From an uncultured virus (IMG/VR IMGVR_UViG_3300017963_000205) (taxonomy: Duplodnaviria; Heunggongvirae; Uroviricota; Caudoviricetes), in the IMG/VR virus record IMGVR_UViG_3300017963_000205: a stretch of DNA of 64,000 nt. The stretch is one strand, 5' to 3'. This document shows positions 40,560 to 51,913 of this stretch, piece after piece (the first letter of the stretch is position 1; every line of letters starts with the position of its first letter). Both the position numbers and the translations under genes were made by a program. The notes under the pieces were generated by a model. That model made no database searches and was not told the DNA's origin. It was given only the letters and a program-made list of their open reading frames with translations.

Positions 40560-40964
40560 ATGCCAAAATTCAGAAAGAAGCCGGTGGTCGTTGAGGCCGT
40601 ACAGCTGACGCCCGACACCCTTAATGAGGTGTTCAAGTTCACGGATGCCGGAAGCCTAAAGGATGGCAAACCGGCGATCGTGGCCAATCCGGTTACTGGA
40701 GAGGCTGGTCTGATCATACCCACGCCGGAGGGGCCCCTAAAAGCCCGTGAGGGGGACTGGGTTATCAAGGGCGTGAAGGGCGAACTCTACCCGTGTAGCC
40801 CCGACATCTTCGAGCAAACATATACCCCCGTTGGCGACGACCACGAGGACGCGGAGGTCGTGGTCAAGTGCGAGCGCTGCGAGAAGGATGTTCCCATCAA
40901 GTCCGTCATTTGTCATGAGTGCGCTGAAAAGTGTGTGGACGGGTTACTTGGAGGGGAGAGCTGA
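40560..40964 (+). CDS. Conserved phage protein (KFRKKPVVVEAVQ family)
   Basis: KFRKKPVVVEAVQ...GDWVIKGVKGELYPC.PDIFEQTY. Confidence 0.75.
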   Translation: MPKFRKKPVVVEAVQLTPDTLNEVFKFTDAGSLKDGKPAIVANPVTGEAGLIIPTPEGPLKAREGDWVIKGVKGELYPCSPDIFEQTYTPVGDDHEDAEVVVKCERCEKDVPIKSVICHECAEKCVDGLLGGES

Positions 40965-42972
40965 TGGGACCGAAGGAAAAAAGGCTTGAAGTCTTTACGA
41001 CGGCCGAGCTGCAGAACGAGATCAACGAGCGCCGCCGCAAGGAGCGCCGTCGGGCCATCGAGGAGCGTGAGCGCTTTGCCGCGCTTTGGGTGGAGCATAG
41101 GGAAACTCTGCTAAAGCTGATTCCGGCCCACCGTAAAAGCTGCCCGGGAACCGATACCGCTCCGGCTGATCAGAGTGGTGCCGTTTCGTGCGAGCGCTGT
41201 TTCATACTACATGCGAAGGCCATTGGATGGTGGGACCCTGAATTCGCTCTGACGCTGGACATTCGCTACGACCCGCTCGGGGAGGAGGATTGATGGACAA
41301 GTTAAGCACGAAGGAGGTCGCCGAGTACGTCGAGGACGAGGGAAACCTTGCCTACGCGATCCAGAGCATGATTAAGGCCGACAGTATCGAGGACCCGGAG
41401 TTGGCCGATCTTTGGGAGAAGGCCAACGAAACTCTCGACAAGATCGAGAAGAAGCTCAAGGAGGCCGAGTGAGCGTTACAACGGAAGCGGACAACAGGCT
41501 CAGGGAGGCACGAAGATTAAATCAGGGCGTCATCTCCGAACTCTCGTCCCTGGTGGCCGAGCGCTGTCCCGGTTGGGAAGACTTCGCCGAGGAGGTTCAG
41601 AAGGATCTGGCGGAAGCCTTTCAACTAGCCATGAAGGTGCGCGACAAACTGGAAAGGACTTACTGACACATGACCAGGACGTTGAGGCCGGCGCGCAAAC
41701 AGCTAAAGAAAAAGAAGAAGAAAAAGACAGAGCCTGAAGGAAGGAAGGTGTACTTCAGGGTCCACGGCGATTTCATCACGGGGCTGGCTCGAAACCTGTG
41801 GGCCGAGGAGGACGTAGGCAAGGCCATACGGCTTCTCGTTCAAGGCGTCACCAACATGGACGAGGGCACGGCCGTGATGATCTGCACCGGCCACTTCAAG
41901 CTCGACGGCGTCAACGACCTGCAGCTGCTGCCCGATAACGCCAAAGAGGACGGGCGGGGACTGCCGTTGCTGTCTTTGCGCGAGACCGCCAATCGGCTGC
42001 GTCAGAAGATCGCCGACGCGCGAAACAACGAGCGCATGGCCATCAAAAACCTGGCCAAGTTTGCCGAGGCTTGGGGCGGTCCCATCGCCGAGAAGGTCGT
42101 GCAGTGGAACGTCCTGCGACAGATCGAGGAGCAGGTTGAAAAAACCCTTCCTGCACCAAACCCCGTGCCCGAGCGCCTGTTCAAGGATTGGGTATGCGGA
42201 TGGGTTGACCCGGACGGCCGGTTTTACGGGTGCTCGTACATGGAGCACGTCAGTATTGCCGAACGCCTTGGCGCGACCGAGTATCAGTTGGAGAAGGCAG
42301 GGTGGGTCAAAATCAGTGATGCCTTCACGTTGATGGGCGAGCGGCCCCCGACGGACATGCAGAAGAAAACGGTGGCGAACCACCATAGAGTTCATGACAG
42401 GGAGCTACCTTTCTGGTTGGAGGACGATTAATGCCCGGACCCGTCTCAGACAGCATCGATCCCGAGTGGGGCACCTCTTCAAACGCGGCGGAGATCGAGG
42501 ACGCGCTCAAACACATGCACAAACGCCTGGGCGACGTGATCAAGTCCCCGCCTAAATACATAATCGACGTGTTGGTTATGGACCCCGGTCCGGCCATCAC
42601 GCACACATTCACGGAGCAGGAGTGGCGCCTTTTGCGCTTCGCTTGTGAGCGCGCCTGCGAAAACCTGTGATGACCAACAAATGGGAAGTCGAGGCCGAGG
42701 CCGCCGAGAGGCGCCGAGCCGGCGAGAGCCCTCTTACCGAGAACCAGATTGCTGATCTGGCGGCTCACGAGAAAGCGTTGGAACGTTTTGGTGGCGTCAT
42801 GCCAGCAGGCGAGATCTCTGCCAGGCCGGCCGAGCGTGCTGCCTATCGCGTGCGCCATGTCCTGAGCAACGCGCGTGCTGGGCCCGTGAGCACGGTGGAG
42901 AGTAAAAGTCAGGGCTCGCGCGCCAGAGGAAAGCACCAGCCGGAGTTTTTGGTGTTCAAGGACGAGTCATGA
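40964..42972 (+). other. Run of hypothetical genes (40964..41293, 41293..41472, 41469..41666, 41670..42431, 42431..42670, 42667..42972)
   Basis: Translationally coupled ORFs; 41670 has a GWVDPDGRFY..C...H...A motif. Confidence 0.55.
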
Positions 42973-42981
42973 AGAATTTCT

Positions 42982-43102
42982 AGGCAGCGTCGGGCCGGCT
43001 GAGAAGGACACGACACAGCGTGGCAACTAGCATCCACCAGACGCGCGTGGTACGTGGGTTGAGCTACGCTTGAGTGCGCTGGACCCCGGTCCGGCCCTGC
43101 CT
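42982..43102 (+). ncRNA. Candidate structured RNA upstream of pyrD
   Basis: Ends pair (AGGCAG/CTGCCT, GGGCCGG/CCGGCCC), internal stems, T tract after. Confidence 0.35.
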
Positions 43103-43122
43103 TTTTTCAAGGAGATCGACTT

Positions 43123-44166
43123 ATGGGCATTTTGAGCCTGCTTCCGCCGGAGGCAGCACACAATCTTGGTGTCTGGCTCATGCGGCGTCGCGTACGCGCG
43201 CCGGGACGCTGCCTGATGCGAAACAACAACGGCTCTTATGAGATGTTCGGCACGGAGATCGACAACCCGCTCGGGTTGGCTGCCGGATTTGACAAGAACG
43301 GAGTGCTGATCGACGCGGCCCTGCATTACGGGTTTGGCTTCATCGAGATCGGCAGTGTGACGGCGGACAAGTGTGAGGGCAACCCCAAGCCTCGCATGTT
43401 CAGGCTTGACGGCAACGACATCGGCAACCGCATGGGACTGAACAACGACGGGGTCAGCAGCATCGTGCAGCGGCTGGTGAACGCGAACAGCACGCGCTAT
43501 GGCGTCAGCATCACGAAGACAAACAATTCTGTGTTGGTGGGCGACAAGGCCATTGACGACATCGCGTACACGTTCAGCCTCATGACGCGCTTTGGCATGT
43601 ACACCTGCTTGAACATCAGCTGCCCGAATACGGAGCGACAGACCTTTGAGCAGGCTCCTGCTGAGTTGAAGAGACTGCTGGCCGGCCTGCAGTCCAGGGG
43701 CAAAAAGAAAAAGCCGCTGCTCATCAAGCTCAGCCCGCCCTCTCGCACCGACGTCGCGCCCATGGAAAAGGCCGTGGACGTCTGCGAGCAGTCGGGAATC
43801 GTAGACGGGTACGTGTGCTGCAACACGCTACCGGAACTGAAAGCTCCACGTTTCCCGGGCGATTCCGCCGTGACATATGGCCGCAGCGGCGCCCAGCTTC
43901 AGGACCGGGTGCTCCACGCGGTTCGCATCATGAAGCGATGGCTGCCCAAACGGACAATCATTGCTTGTGGAGGCATTTTCACGCCCAGCATGCTAAGGAT
44001 TTACTGCGACGCGGGAGCGGACTTCTTTCAGGCGTACAACGGATTCGTTCGAGGTCCCCACAGCGGGCCGAAGTTTGCTCACGATGTGTTAAGCGGGTTT
44101 GATGCTTGGGACCGATGCAGGAGACACAATGACCAGGACACGGGCGAGGTTGGCGCTGCTGGCTAG
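43123..44166 (+). CDS. pyrD: Dihydroorotate dehydrogenase (class 2-like)
   Basis: NPLGLAAGFDKNG, GFGFIEIGSVT, GNPKPRMFRL, NRMGLNNDG, LNISCPNT, IIACGGI. Confidence 0.9.
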   Translation: MGILSLLPPEAAHNLGVWLMRRRVRAPGRCLMRNNNGSYEMFGTEIDNPLGLAAGFDKNGVLIDAALHYGFGFIEIGSVTADKCEGNPKPRMFRLDGNDIGNRMGLNNDGVSSIVQRLVNANSTRYGVSITKTNNSVLVGDKAIDDIAYTFSLMTRFGMYTCLNISCPNTERQTFEQAPAELKRLLAGLQSRGKKKKPLLIKLSPPSRTDVAPMEKAVDVCEQSGIVDGYVCCNTLPELKAPRFPGDSAVTYGRSGAQLQDRVLHAVRIMKRWLPKRTIIACGGIFTPSMLRIYCDAGADFFQAYNGFVRGPHSGPKFAHDVLSGFDAWDRCRRHNDQDTGEVGAAG

Positions 44167-44212
44167 GGTCAAGCCGTTCACCGGCCCATTACCACACTTG
44201 GTGGAGGGAGTC

Positions 44213-44485
44213 ATGAGTGAAGTGGAAGCCCATGAGGCTGAAAAGAAGCCTGCGTGCCTGCGTGACTGCGTACGGCTATCTGCGTTGGTGGACGGCCACA
44301 TCTACTGCGCCGAATGTGGCGTCGATGGCGGGCTGGGGGACATCGTTGAGATCAAGGACCCCGAGTGGGAGAAGAAGGGCAAGGACGTGATCGTGGATTG
44401 GGTTGAAAAGCGGGGTTGGACCTTCTCAAACGGGCCGCTGTGTGCGGACTGCACGGAAAAGGAGAGGAATGACGGCGCGGGGTAA
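44213..44485 (+). CDS. Small zinc-binding protein
   Basis: GGAGGGAG RBS; CAECG...GW...GPLCADC. Confidence 0.55.
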   Translation: MSEVEAHEAEKKPACLRDCVRLSALVDGHIYCAECGVDGGLGDIVEIKDPEWEKKGKDVIVDWVEKRGWTFSNGPLCADCTEKERNDGAG

Positions 44486-44585
44486 AGCCCAACAAGTGCC
44501 TTAGCTGCCCCAAGATGCTTGTTGGCAGGTGGGTGTTTTGAGTATAAACTTCTTCCGGGTGTGGGCACACTTCGGAGGAAACGCA

Positions 44586-47500
44586 ATGGCGACACCTGCC
44601 TATGGCGACATCGACATGCAGGGTAACCGGATTACGAACCTGCCGGCCCCTGTAGATCCAGACGACCCAGCACGAAAATCTGACGCGGAAGCAGGCGGGG
44701 CAACGGGAGCCACGGGGCCCTCTGGGCCTGTGGGGCCTACCGGGCTTACCGGCGTGACCGGCGCTGCCGGAGGCACGGGCGCGCAAGGCGTGCAGGGCAT
44801 AACCGGTTCTACCGGACCACAAGGCAGTCAAGGGCTTACTGGCGTAACCGGCATTACAGGCCCGACAGGCAATCAAGGCGCTACCGGAGGTACGGGTCCC
44901 GAGGGCGTGACCGGCGCGACTGGGCCGGCGGGCTCTCAGGGTGTGACGGGCGTTACTGGAGCCAACGGACCCATCGGGTTCAACGGCGTTACCGGAACGA
45001 CCGGGCCAACGGGCGTGACCGGCGCTACAGGTTCTGCCGGGGCCCAAGGTGACTTAGGGGTGACCGGCGTCACCGGAGCCACGGGCTCGGGAGGCGCTCA
45101 AGGAACAACCGGCGTCACTGGCGTCACTGGAGCAGGAGGCGCTCAAGGAACAACCGGCGTCACTGGCGTCACTGGAGCAGGAGGCGCTCAAGGAACAACC
45201 GGCGTCACCGGAGCCACGGGTTCGGGAGGGGCACAAGGAACAACTGGCATTACCGGCGTGACCGGCGCCACGGGCTCGGCTGGTAGTCAGGGCGTTACTG
45301 GCGCGACCGGACCCACGGGCGCGGGCGTGACTGGCGCGACAGGAGCGACGGGCCCGCAAGGTGATCAAGGAACAACCGGCGTTACAGGCGCTGGAACTGC
45401 TGGCGTGACCGGGACAACCGGCGTGACTGGCGCTACGGGCTCTGCAGGATCGCAAGGCGATCAAGGCCCAACCGGCGTGACGGGTGTTACGGGCGCTACG
45501 GGCTCTGCAGGGTCACAAGGTGTCACTGGCGCGACCGGGCCTACGGGCGCGGGCGTGACCGGCGCGACAGGGCCAACCGGAACGCAAGGGGTCACGGGGG
45601 CTTCTGGAACTACTGGAGCAACAGGTCCGGCCGGCGGTCCAACCGGCGTAACTGGCGCTACGGGCGTGACCGGCGTTACCGGGTCGGCAGGTACACAGGG
45701 CGTCACCGGCGCTACCGGATCGCAGGGAGACCCTGGCGCACCCGGCTCACCGGGCGCGACAGGTCCAACAGGCGTGACGGGCGCAACGGGTTCGGCGGGC
45801 ACACAGGGCGTTACCGGCGTCACAGGCTCTCAAGGCGATCCTGGTGCTCCGGGCGCTCCAGGCGCACAAGGAACAACGGGTGTTACCGGCGCAACAGGTT
45901 CGGCCGGCTCCCAAGGCGTCACAGGCGTGACGGGCGTGACCGGAAGCCAGGGCGATCCCGGCACTCCCGGTGCTCCGGGTTCCCAAGGCACTACGGGTGT
46001 CACTGGCGCCACGGGAACTGCAGGCTCGCAAGGCACGACCGGTTCGACCGGTGTGACCGGGAGCACGGGCCCGGCAGGCGGACCCACCGGGGCAACAGGC
46101 GTCACTGGCGCGACAGGCCCTGCAGGCTCGCAAGGAGTCACGGGCGCTACCGGCTCGGCAGGTTCTCAGGGCTCTACCGGCGTCACTGGCGTCACTGGCG
46201 TCACTGGCGTTGCGGGCGATCCAGGCATTCCAGGCTCTCCGGGTTCTCCGGGCACGACTGGCGCTACCGGCGCTACAGGCAATGACGGCGTCACTGGCGT
46301 CACCGGTGTCACTGGCGTCACTGGTGTTGCAGGCGATCCGGGCATTCCAGGCTCCCCGGGTTCTCCGGGCACGACAGGCGTGACCGGCGTGACCGGCGTG
46401 ACCGGCGTTGCGGGCGATCCAGGTATTCCAGGCTCCCCGGGTTCTCCGGGCACTACAGGCGCGACTGGGGCGACAGGTCCGGCCGGTTCGCAAGGAACGA
46501 CTGGCTCGACGGGCGTCACTGGGGCGACAGGGCCGGCTGGAGGCCCAACAGGCGCTACGGGTGTTACAGGGGCGACAGGTCCTGCTGGCTCGCAGGGTGT
46601 GACCGGCGCGACGGGGCCAACCGGCTCTCAAGGCGTTACCGGCGTTACAGGATCGCAAGGTGATCCTGGCGCTCCGGGTGCTCCAGGCGTGCAAGGAACG
46701 ACTGGCGTTACGGGCGTTACCGGCGTTACAGGAGCGCAAGGTGATTCTGGCGCTCCGGGTGCCCCGGGCGTGCAAGGAACGACTGGCGTAACGGGCGTAA
46801 CGGGCGTTACTGGGTTGCAGGGCGACCCTGGTGCTCCGGGTGCTCCCGGCGTGCAAGGAACGACAGGCGTGACCGGAGCCACGGGCGCGCAAGGAACAAC
46901 TGGCGTCACGGGTGTTACTGGCGTTACGGGCTCTCAAGGCGACCCGGGCGCTCCAGGTGCTCCTGGCGTGCAGGGAACCACAGGCGTTACAGGCGTTACG
47001 GGCGTCACTGGTTCGGCAGGGAATCAAGGTACGACAGGCGTAACAGGGGCAACAGGCCCTGCAGGTGGACCTACCGGGGTCACAGGCGCGACCGGCGCTA
47101 CGGGCCCTGCGGGCGCTACGGGTGTTACCGGGGCCACAGGGCCGACGGGCTCTCAAGGCGATCCGGGCGCTCCTGGCGCTCCCGGCGTGCAAGGGACGAC
47201 AGGCGTGACCGGCGCGACAGGACCGGCTGGAGCCACGGGCGTTACGGGGTCGACTGGACCGTCGGGCGTTACCGGGGCGACAGGCCCAGCGGGCGGTCCG
47301 ACTGGTGCTACGGGTGTTACGGGCGCAACCGGCCCGGCAGGCTCGGACGGAAGCACAGGAGCTACGGGGCCGAAGGGAGTTACAGGCGTAACGGGAGCTA
47401 CCGGCGCAGGCGGGGGATTAAAGAGCGTCACTACCGTCAATGCGTTCACTTACGGCCCCAGCTCGCCCTACAATATCAGCACGCCCAGCGAGCAGGATGA

Positions 47501-47780
47501 GATCTTCGAGATCACCAACACCGTCTCGCAAGCGGGCGCCGTTAAGTTGCCCGCTGCCTCCGCCGGGCAGCGATACACAGTTACGTACAGCGGCGTGATC
47601 GCCGGAATCGAAATCCACGTGACGTCCGGCGACTCCATTGTTGTTTTGGGAGTTGGTGGCCCTTATACGACCAAGGCCACGTGTAGCACGACAGCTTCCT
47701 ACGTAAAAGCCGTCGTTGAGGCAATCAGCGCCAGCACCTGGCTCTGCGAGGTTACGAACGGATCGTGGAGCGGCTCCTGA
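44586..47780 (+). CDS. Very long collagen-like fibre protein
   Basis: GGAGG RBS; N-terminal [23 protein letters not shown], roughly 900 aa of G-X-Y triplets, small beta C-domain. Confidence 0.9.
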   Translation: MATPAYGDIDMQGNRITNLPAPVDPDDPARKSDAEAGGATGATGPSGPVGPTGLTGVTGAAGGTGAQGVQGITGSTGPQGSQGLTGVTGITGPTGNQGATGGTGPEGVTGATGPAGSQGVTGVTGANGPIGFNGVTGTTGPTGVTGATGSAGAQGDLGVTGVTGATGSGGAQGTTGVTGVTGAGGAQGTTGVTGVTGAGGAQGTTGVTGATGSGGAQGTTGITGVTGATGSAGSQGVTGATGPTGAGVTGATGATGPQGDQGTTGVTGAGTAGVTGTTGVTGATGSAGSQGDQGPTGVTGVTGATGSAGSQGVTGATGPTGAGVTGATGPTGTQGVTGASGTTGATGPAGGPTGVTGATGVTGVTGSAGTQGVTGATGSQGDPGAPGSPGATGPTGVTGATGSAGTQGVTGVTGSQGDPGAPGAPGAQGTTGVTGATGSAGSQGVTGVTGVTGSQGDPGTPGAPGSQGTTGVTGATGTAGSQGTTGSTGVTGSTGPAGGPTGATGVTGATGPAGSQGVTGATGSAGSQGSTGVTGVTGVTGVAGDPGIPGSPGSPGTTGATGATGNDGVTGVTGVTGVTGVAGDPGIPGSPGSPGTTGVTGVTGVTGVAGDPGIPGSPGSPGTTGATGATGPAGSQGTTGSTGVTGATGPAGGPTGATGVTGATGPAGSQGVTGATGPTGSQGVTGVTGSQGDPGAPGAPGVQGTTGVTGVTGVTGAQGDSGAPGAPGVQGTTGVTGVTGVTGLQGDPGAPGAPGVQGTTGVTGATGAQGTTGVTGVTGVTGSQGDPGAPGAPGVQGTTGVTGVTGVTGSAGNQGTTGVTGATGPAGGPTGVTGATGATGPAGATGVTGATGPTGSQGDPGAPGAPGVQGTTGVTGATGPAGATGVTGSTGPSGVTGATGPAGGPTGATGVTGATGPAGSDGSTGATGPKGVTGVTGATGAGGGLKSVTTVNAFTYGPSSPYNISTPSEQDEIFEITNTVSQAGAVKLPAASAGQRYTVTYSGVIAGIEIHVTSGDSIVVLGVGGPYTTKATCSTTASYVKAVVEAISASTWLCEVTNGSWSGS

Positions 47781-47799
47781 TTCAAAAGCAGTCTGGCTT

Positions 47800-47829
47800 A
47801 AAAACGCGGCCTTCGGGCCGCGTTTTTTA
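47800..47829. terminator. Bidirectional intrinsic terminator
   Basis: AAAAACGCGGCC-TTCG-GGCCGCGTTTTT. Confidence 0.85.
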
Positions 47830-47844
47830 TTGGGGGAAATTACG

Positions 47845-48649
47845 ATGACCCTGAAGGAATTGGTCAAGATCGCATCTGAGGCGTACCCGGACGATTTGGT
47901 TCAGCAGTATCACGACAGTGAAGGCGGCGGGGACACGCTCGCCGAGTTCATCGCTCGTGAGCTGTCGGACACGTTTGATGAGAAGGCTTCCGACGCCGAA
48001 CAGCTCGAAGAGGCCCTTCGCGCCATGAGCACCGCTCACAGGGAACTGGGTAACGTCGTGACCGCATTGGAGGAACATGATGGTCGAGGTTGATGCCGCC
48101 ACGGGCGGCGCCTACGAGAAAATCGGCGCCTTCATTGTGGCGCTTGGCAGGGAAGACTCCTCCGGCCTCCGGCGAGCCCTCTTTGAGAAACTGGAGTTGA
48201 ACGACTATGAGGGTTTCTACGCGCTGGTGTCTGTGGGAGAGGACTCCTTCAAAACGTTGCGGCAGATCTGCGGCTTTGAGGTAGAGCAGACAGCTGTCAC
48301 GCTGGAGGTTTCGCCGAACCCGGAAGGCCCCCGGTTTTTGAACTTCGTGGTCAAGGAGTACATCGGAGCCGAAGTCTACCTCAAGGACGAGGAGCGCGGA
48401 CTGGTCGTGGCGAAAAACTACGAGGATCTGCAGGAAGGCACGGAGATCTTTGTGCCGGCCCTATTCGGCGGGTACTATAAGCTCCTGATACTCGACATCG
48501 ACGACACCAAGAAGGTTGCAGGGGCGGCCTCCACCAAGGAGGAGACGGGCACGGCCGCAACGCTCGAATACGACAAGGACGACCGTCACTGCTGGGTGGC
48601 GAACGGCATCTTCAATATGGATGCCATGAAGAGGTTGGATTTTCGCTAG
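47845..48649 (+). other. Two hypothetical genes (47845..48093, 48077..48649)
   Basis: Acidic ORFs with RBSs. Confidence 0.55.
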
Positions 48650-48657
48650 GAGGCTTC

Positions 48658-49356
48658 ATGCCCGATTACTTCCTTTGCACGGGACCAGGACGAACGGCCA
48701 CGCGCTGGCTGGCCCAGTATCTCGACAAAGCGACGAAGGCCAACGTCATGCATGACGAGTTTTTGCCGATCAACTTCGAGAGTTCCATGCGCCGCTGGAA
48801 AAGGGCGTCCATTCCGAAGATCGGCACTGTCAGCGGCGCGGCGCGTTATCATATCCCGCAGCTGTGGACCGCATTCAAGCCCGTTGTGGTGTTTCTCTGG
48901 CGTGAGCCTTTTGGGTTAATCAAGTCCCATGTGGAGATTCAGCTTCGCACGGGAAACACGCCGCGCGTCAACGAGACAGGCCACCGGCAGCCGCCGGGCT
49001 ACGAGACGCTCGACATGCTCGTCCGGCGGACCGCTCAGATCCTTTTGGGCGATCTGGAAGCCTCGATCGGTATCTGCAAGTACCACAATATCCCCCATAA
49101 TCACGTCTCGATGGAGGATTTCCTGACGCCGGCAGGCGCTGCCGCGCTAGCACGCATGGTTGGCGTCAAGCCGCCGAGTTACACGGAGATGGTGGTCAAC
49201 AAGACACCGGATGCCGACCGAATCCCTCACCAGGATTGGTGGGAGGAACGAACGAGATCACGCATCATGGCCCTGGTCAATTCGCTCGTGAACGTGCGGG
49301 AGGGCTATGACAAGGCGAAGCAGTGGGGAAGTTCCCTGGAGAAAGCAAGTGAATGA
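48658..49356 (+). CDS. Sulfotransferase-like P-loop protein
   Basis: CTGPGRTATRWLAQYL...HD, VVFLWREP...S motifs. Confidence 0.6.
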   Translation: MPDYFLCTGPGRTATRWLAQYLDKATKANVMHDEFLPINFESSMRRWKRASIPKIGTVSGAARYHIPQLWTAFKPVVVFLWREPFGLIKSHVEIQLRTGNTPRVNETGHRQPPGYETLDMLVRRTAQILLGDLEASIGICKYHNIPHNHVSMEDFLTPAGAAALARMVGVKPPSYTEMVVNKTPDADRIPHQDWWEERTRSRIMALVNSLVNVREGYDKAKQWGSSLEKASE

Positions 49357-49705
49357 GACTCGTTCAACCCTATCCCAGATGAAAGAGCGGGCGAGGCAGG
49401 CAGCCGAATACAGGGCGAACCAAACGCCCGATCCCGAGGAAGACATTCCCAGCGAGGTGCCCGAGGGGTCCTTGCGCGGTGCTGCTGGCGAACTGAGCGT
49501 TCGCGCTCGCTCGCTCACTCAGATCGCGCATGAGCTGGAGGAGCGGCTGGGGGCTGTTTTGGCAGATCCCCGCCCAGCGGAGACTGCGAAGGGGACAGAA
49601 CCTTGCGGGCAGTGCGGGCTTGCCACGGAGCTGTTGCGTACGTCCCAGAAGTTTGGCCACGTGGAAGACAAGCTGACTGAGCTTTTGGAGCGGCTTGGAA
49701 TATGA
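49349..49705 (+). CDS. Hypothetical protein
   Basis: Coupled ORF, helical. Confidence 0.45.
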   Translation: MNETRSTLSQMKERARQAAEYRANQTPDPEEDIPSEVPEGSLRGAAGELSVRARSLTQIAHELEERLGAVLADPRPAETAKGTEPCGQCGLATELLRTSQKFGHVEDKLTELLERLGI

Positions 49706-49877
49706 TGCGCCAGATCCCCACGTTATCAGACGCGGAGCTGGCCCGACGACTGCCTCGTGGTTTCACGTGGGAGCATGTGAACTCCTTCATGACCGATTTC
49801 TACAGCCCGGCCGGAAACCGCATTCTCAGGATCGTTTACGCGCGAAATCGGAAGCTCGCGCTGTTTGTGGAGGCAAG

Positions 49878-50990
49878 ATGAGAATCGCATTTGCAGCAGA
49901 TCTGCACCTGCACCCGCACGCTTGGGCTTCGATGCCCGAGGTCCACGGCGACGCCTACCGGGCGTTCGACCAGATCGTGGATTTTTGCGTGCAGACCAGT
50001 GACGTCCACGCGCTCATTCTGGGCGGGGACGTTTTCGACACGAGCCCGCCGGCCGATGCGGTTCAGCACTTTCTGGCCGGTTTGGAGCGTCTCAAGCGAG
50101 GGCGCGTCCTGGTTTATGCCGTTCAAGGCCAACACGGGCGCTCCAACCCGCCGTGGACGGCGATCGATCCCTACATCGTCCATTTGCAGGGGCAGCCAAT
50201 CACGACACTCGAAGGCGTGTGCTTCACCGGCTTCGATCAGGACACGCCCGTCGAGATCAAGCGCAAACTCGAAGAGCTGGACCCCGGCGTCAACATGCTG
50301 ATCCTCCATCAGCTGTGTCGGGGGACCGTGCCGGACATCAGCGACCAACAAACGTGGGATCTGGACCCGGAATGGGTGCCGGAGCACGTGAAGCTGGTGC
50401 TGCTGGGCGATTACCACATGCTTTGGGAGCAGCGGAACAGCAAGGGCACGCAGTTCTGCTATCCGGGCTCCACGGCCGTCCAGGCCATCGACGAACCGGA
50501 TCAGAAGCATTTCTTTTCCATCCTCGTCGACGGCCCGGGGCAGTTTCAGGTGGAGCGGGTGGACATTCGGGGCCGTGTTTACACCCGGATGGTCATCCAG
50601 GTGTCGGAGGCGCTGGAGAGCGCGCTCACGTACATCCAGCAGCGCTCGCCCGATGAGGTGGTTCACATCAAGTACAACACGGACCTGCCGGACGTGGAGA
50701 AGCGGTTCCGTGAGATCAACGACGGCGTGCACTTCATGTTCCGGCCGCTGCCGAAGCAACTGGTCAGTGATCAGGCGAGCATTGATGTAAGCAAACTCAA
50801 GAAGATTTCCCTGGAAGGCTGTCTTGGGATGGCCATCGACCGGGAGAAGGAACCGGAGGCTCACGCTCTGACGCTCCGGCTCCTCAAGGCTGAGGACCCG
50901 CGCGTTGCGTTGGCCGAAGCCAGGGAGCACTTTCTAAACCCGGAACCGGTCGCGCAGCCGGCCATTCCTGACGACGAGGTCCCTTTCTGA
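49878..50990 (+). CDS. SbcD/Mre11-like nuclease
   Basis: ADLHL, GGDVFD, GQHG, ILHQ, LGDYH, YPGS; near SbcC. Confidence 0.85.
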   Translation: MRIAFAADLHLHPHAWASMPEVHGDAYRAFDQIVDFCVQTSDVHALILGGDVFDTSPPADAVQHFLAGLERLKRGRVLVYAVQGQHGRSNPPWTAIDPYIVHLQGQPITTLEGVCFTGFDQDTPVEIKRKLEELDPGVNMLILHQLCRGTVPDISDQQTWDLDPEWVPEHVKLVLLGDYHMLWEQRNSKGTQFCYPGSTAVQAIDEPDQKHFFSILVDGPGQFQVERVDIRGRVYTRMVIQVSEALESALTYIQQRSPDEVVHIKYNTDLPDVEKRFREINDGVHFMFRPLPKQLVSDQASIDVSKLKKISLEGCLGMAIDREKEPEAHALTLRLLKAEDPRVALAEAREHFLNPEPVAQPAIPDDEVPF

Positions 50991-51913
50991 TGCCCGATAA
51001 ACCGTTCAAGGACGCGCTTATTGAGATCGTCAATCAGGCGCAAACTTCGGGGGAATTCTTCCGTTTGGTGTGGAAGGCGTTCCCAGACTGGAGAGGCACG
51101 GCGCTTCTGCCGTTTCAGGATGCCCTTTGCAAAGAAGTTCACCTCGAAGGAAATCGGTGCCCTTTGTGCGATATTCTGCAGGTGCTTCGCCCGAACGGGT
51201 GGGAGCTAACGCTGGGGAAGACACTCATTTGTATCGCCGAGACCTTCATGGAAAAGGGGGAGTTGATCAAACCCAACGCTGACTTGCCCAAGCATCTGAA
51301 CCGCCATCGTGGCTATCATGTTCTCCGCTATATGGGGCACCTTATTGCGCAACCTGCCTCGTGTGACCTGGAAAACGAAAGCACCAAGGAGGCCAAAAAG
51401 GGAAACTGGGCTCCTACCGTGGACGGTCTGGAGTTTTTGTATATGGACGATCCGTCACCGCGCTCGGTGTACGTCTTGAAGCGCGCGGTTTTGGGCGTTA
51501 GTCAGATGGGGGAGGCGGAACGAAGCAAGTGTGGCGGGGAGGTTCCGGCTGACGACGTTGTTTCTGTTGGAGACGTCATGCGGATGAAGGGCTTTGACAT
51601 TTCTGCCGTGCGTGCCATGAACATCACGGACCCCGGAGCCTGGTCGAATTTTTGGGAGACTCCGACCCTTCCTAAGCGGGCGCTGGGATGGAAGGGCGCC
51701 AAAAAAGCCTGGCTTCTTTTCTGGTCCCAACATGTTAACAAGCACGGCGGATGGAAACTGATCATGGATATTCGCAGGCAGCAGGGACAGTGGGCGGCCG
51801 ATAACTTCGAGGCGGAATTTGCTAAGGCGCTCGATTGGCGGGAGCGCTTCTACCCTTTGTGGAAATCTCTCAAGGAAAGGGGCGTAGACTTCTACGGCAC
51901 AAATGAGAATTGA
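50990..51913 (+). CDS. Hypothetical protein with CPLC motif inserted between sbcD and sbcC
   Basis: 307 aa coupled ORF. Confidence 0.55.
   Translation: MPDKPFKDALIEIVNQAQTSGEFFRLVWKAFPDWRGTALLPFQDALCKEVHLEGNRCPLCDILQVLRPNGWELTLGKTLICIAETFMEKGELIKPNADLPKHLNRHRGYHVLRYMGHLIAQPASCDLENESTKEAKKGNWAPTVDGLEFLYMDDPSPRSVYVLKRAVLGVSQMGEAERSKCGGEVPADDVVSVGDVMRMKGFDISAVRAMNITDPGAWSNFWETPTLPKRALGWKGAKKAWLLFWSQHVNKHGGWKLIMDIRRQQGQWAADNFEAEFAKALDWRERFYPLWKSLKERGVDFYGTNEN

Noticed and set aside
42995..43010. TPP riboswitch or hammerhead core suggested by GCTGAGA
   Set aside because: The remaining conserved elements of either family are not recognisable
44695..47410. GGC/GGT-periodic DNA as a guide-RNA array or diversity-generating repeat
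   Set aside because: The 9-nt period with free wobble positions is explained by Gly-X-Y coding; no reverse transcriptase is present. The same applies at 19.9-22.7 kb
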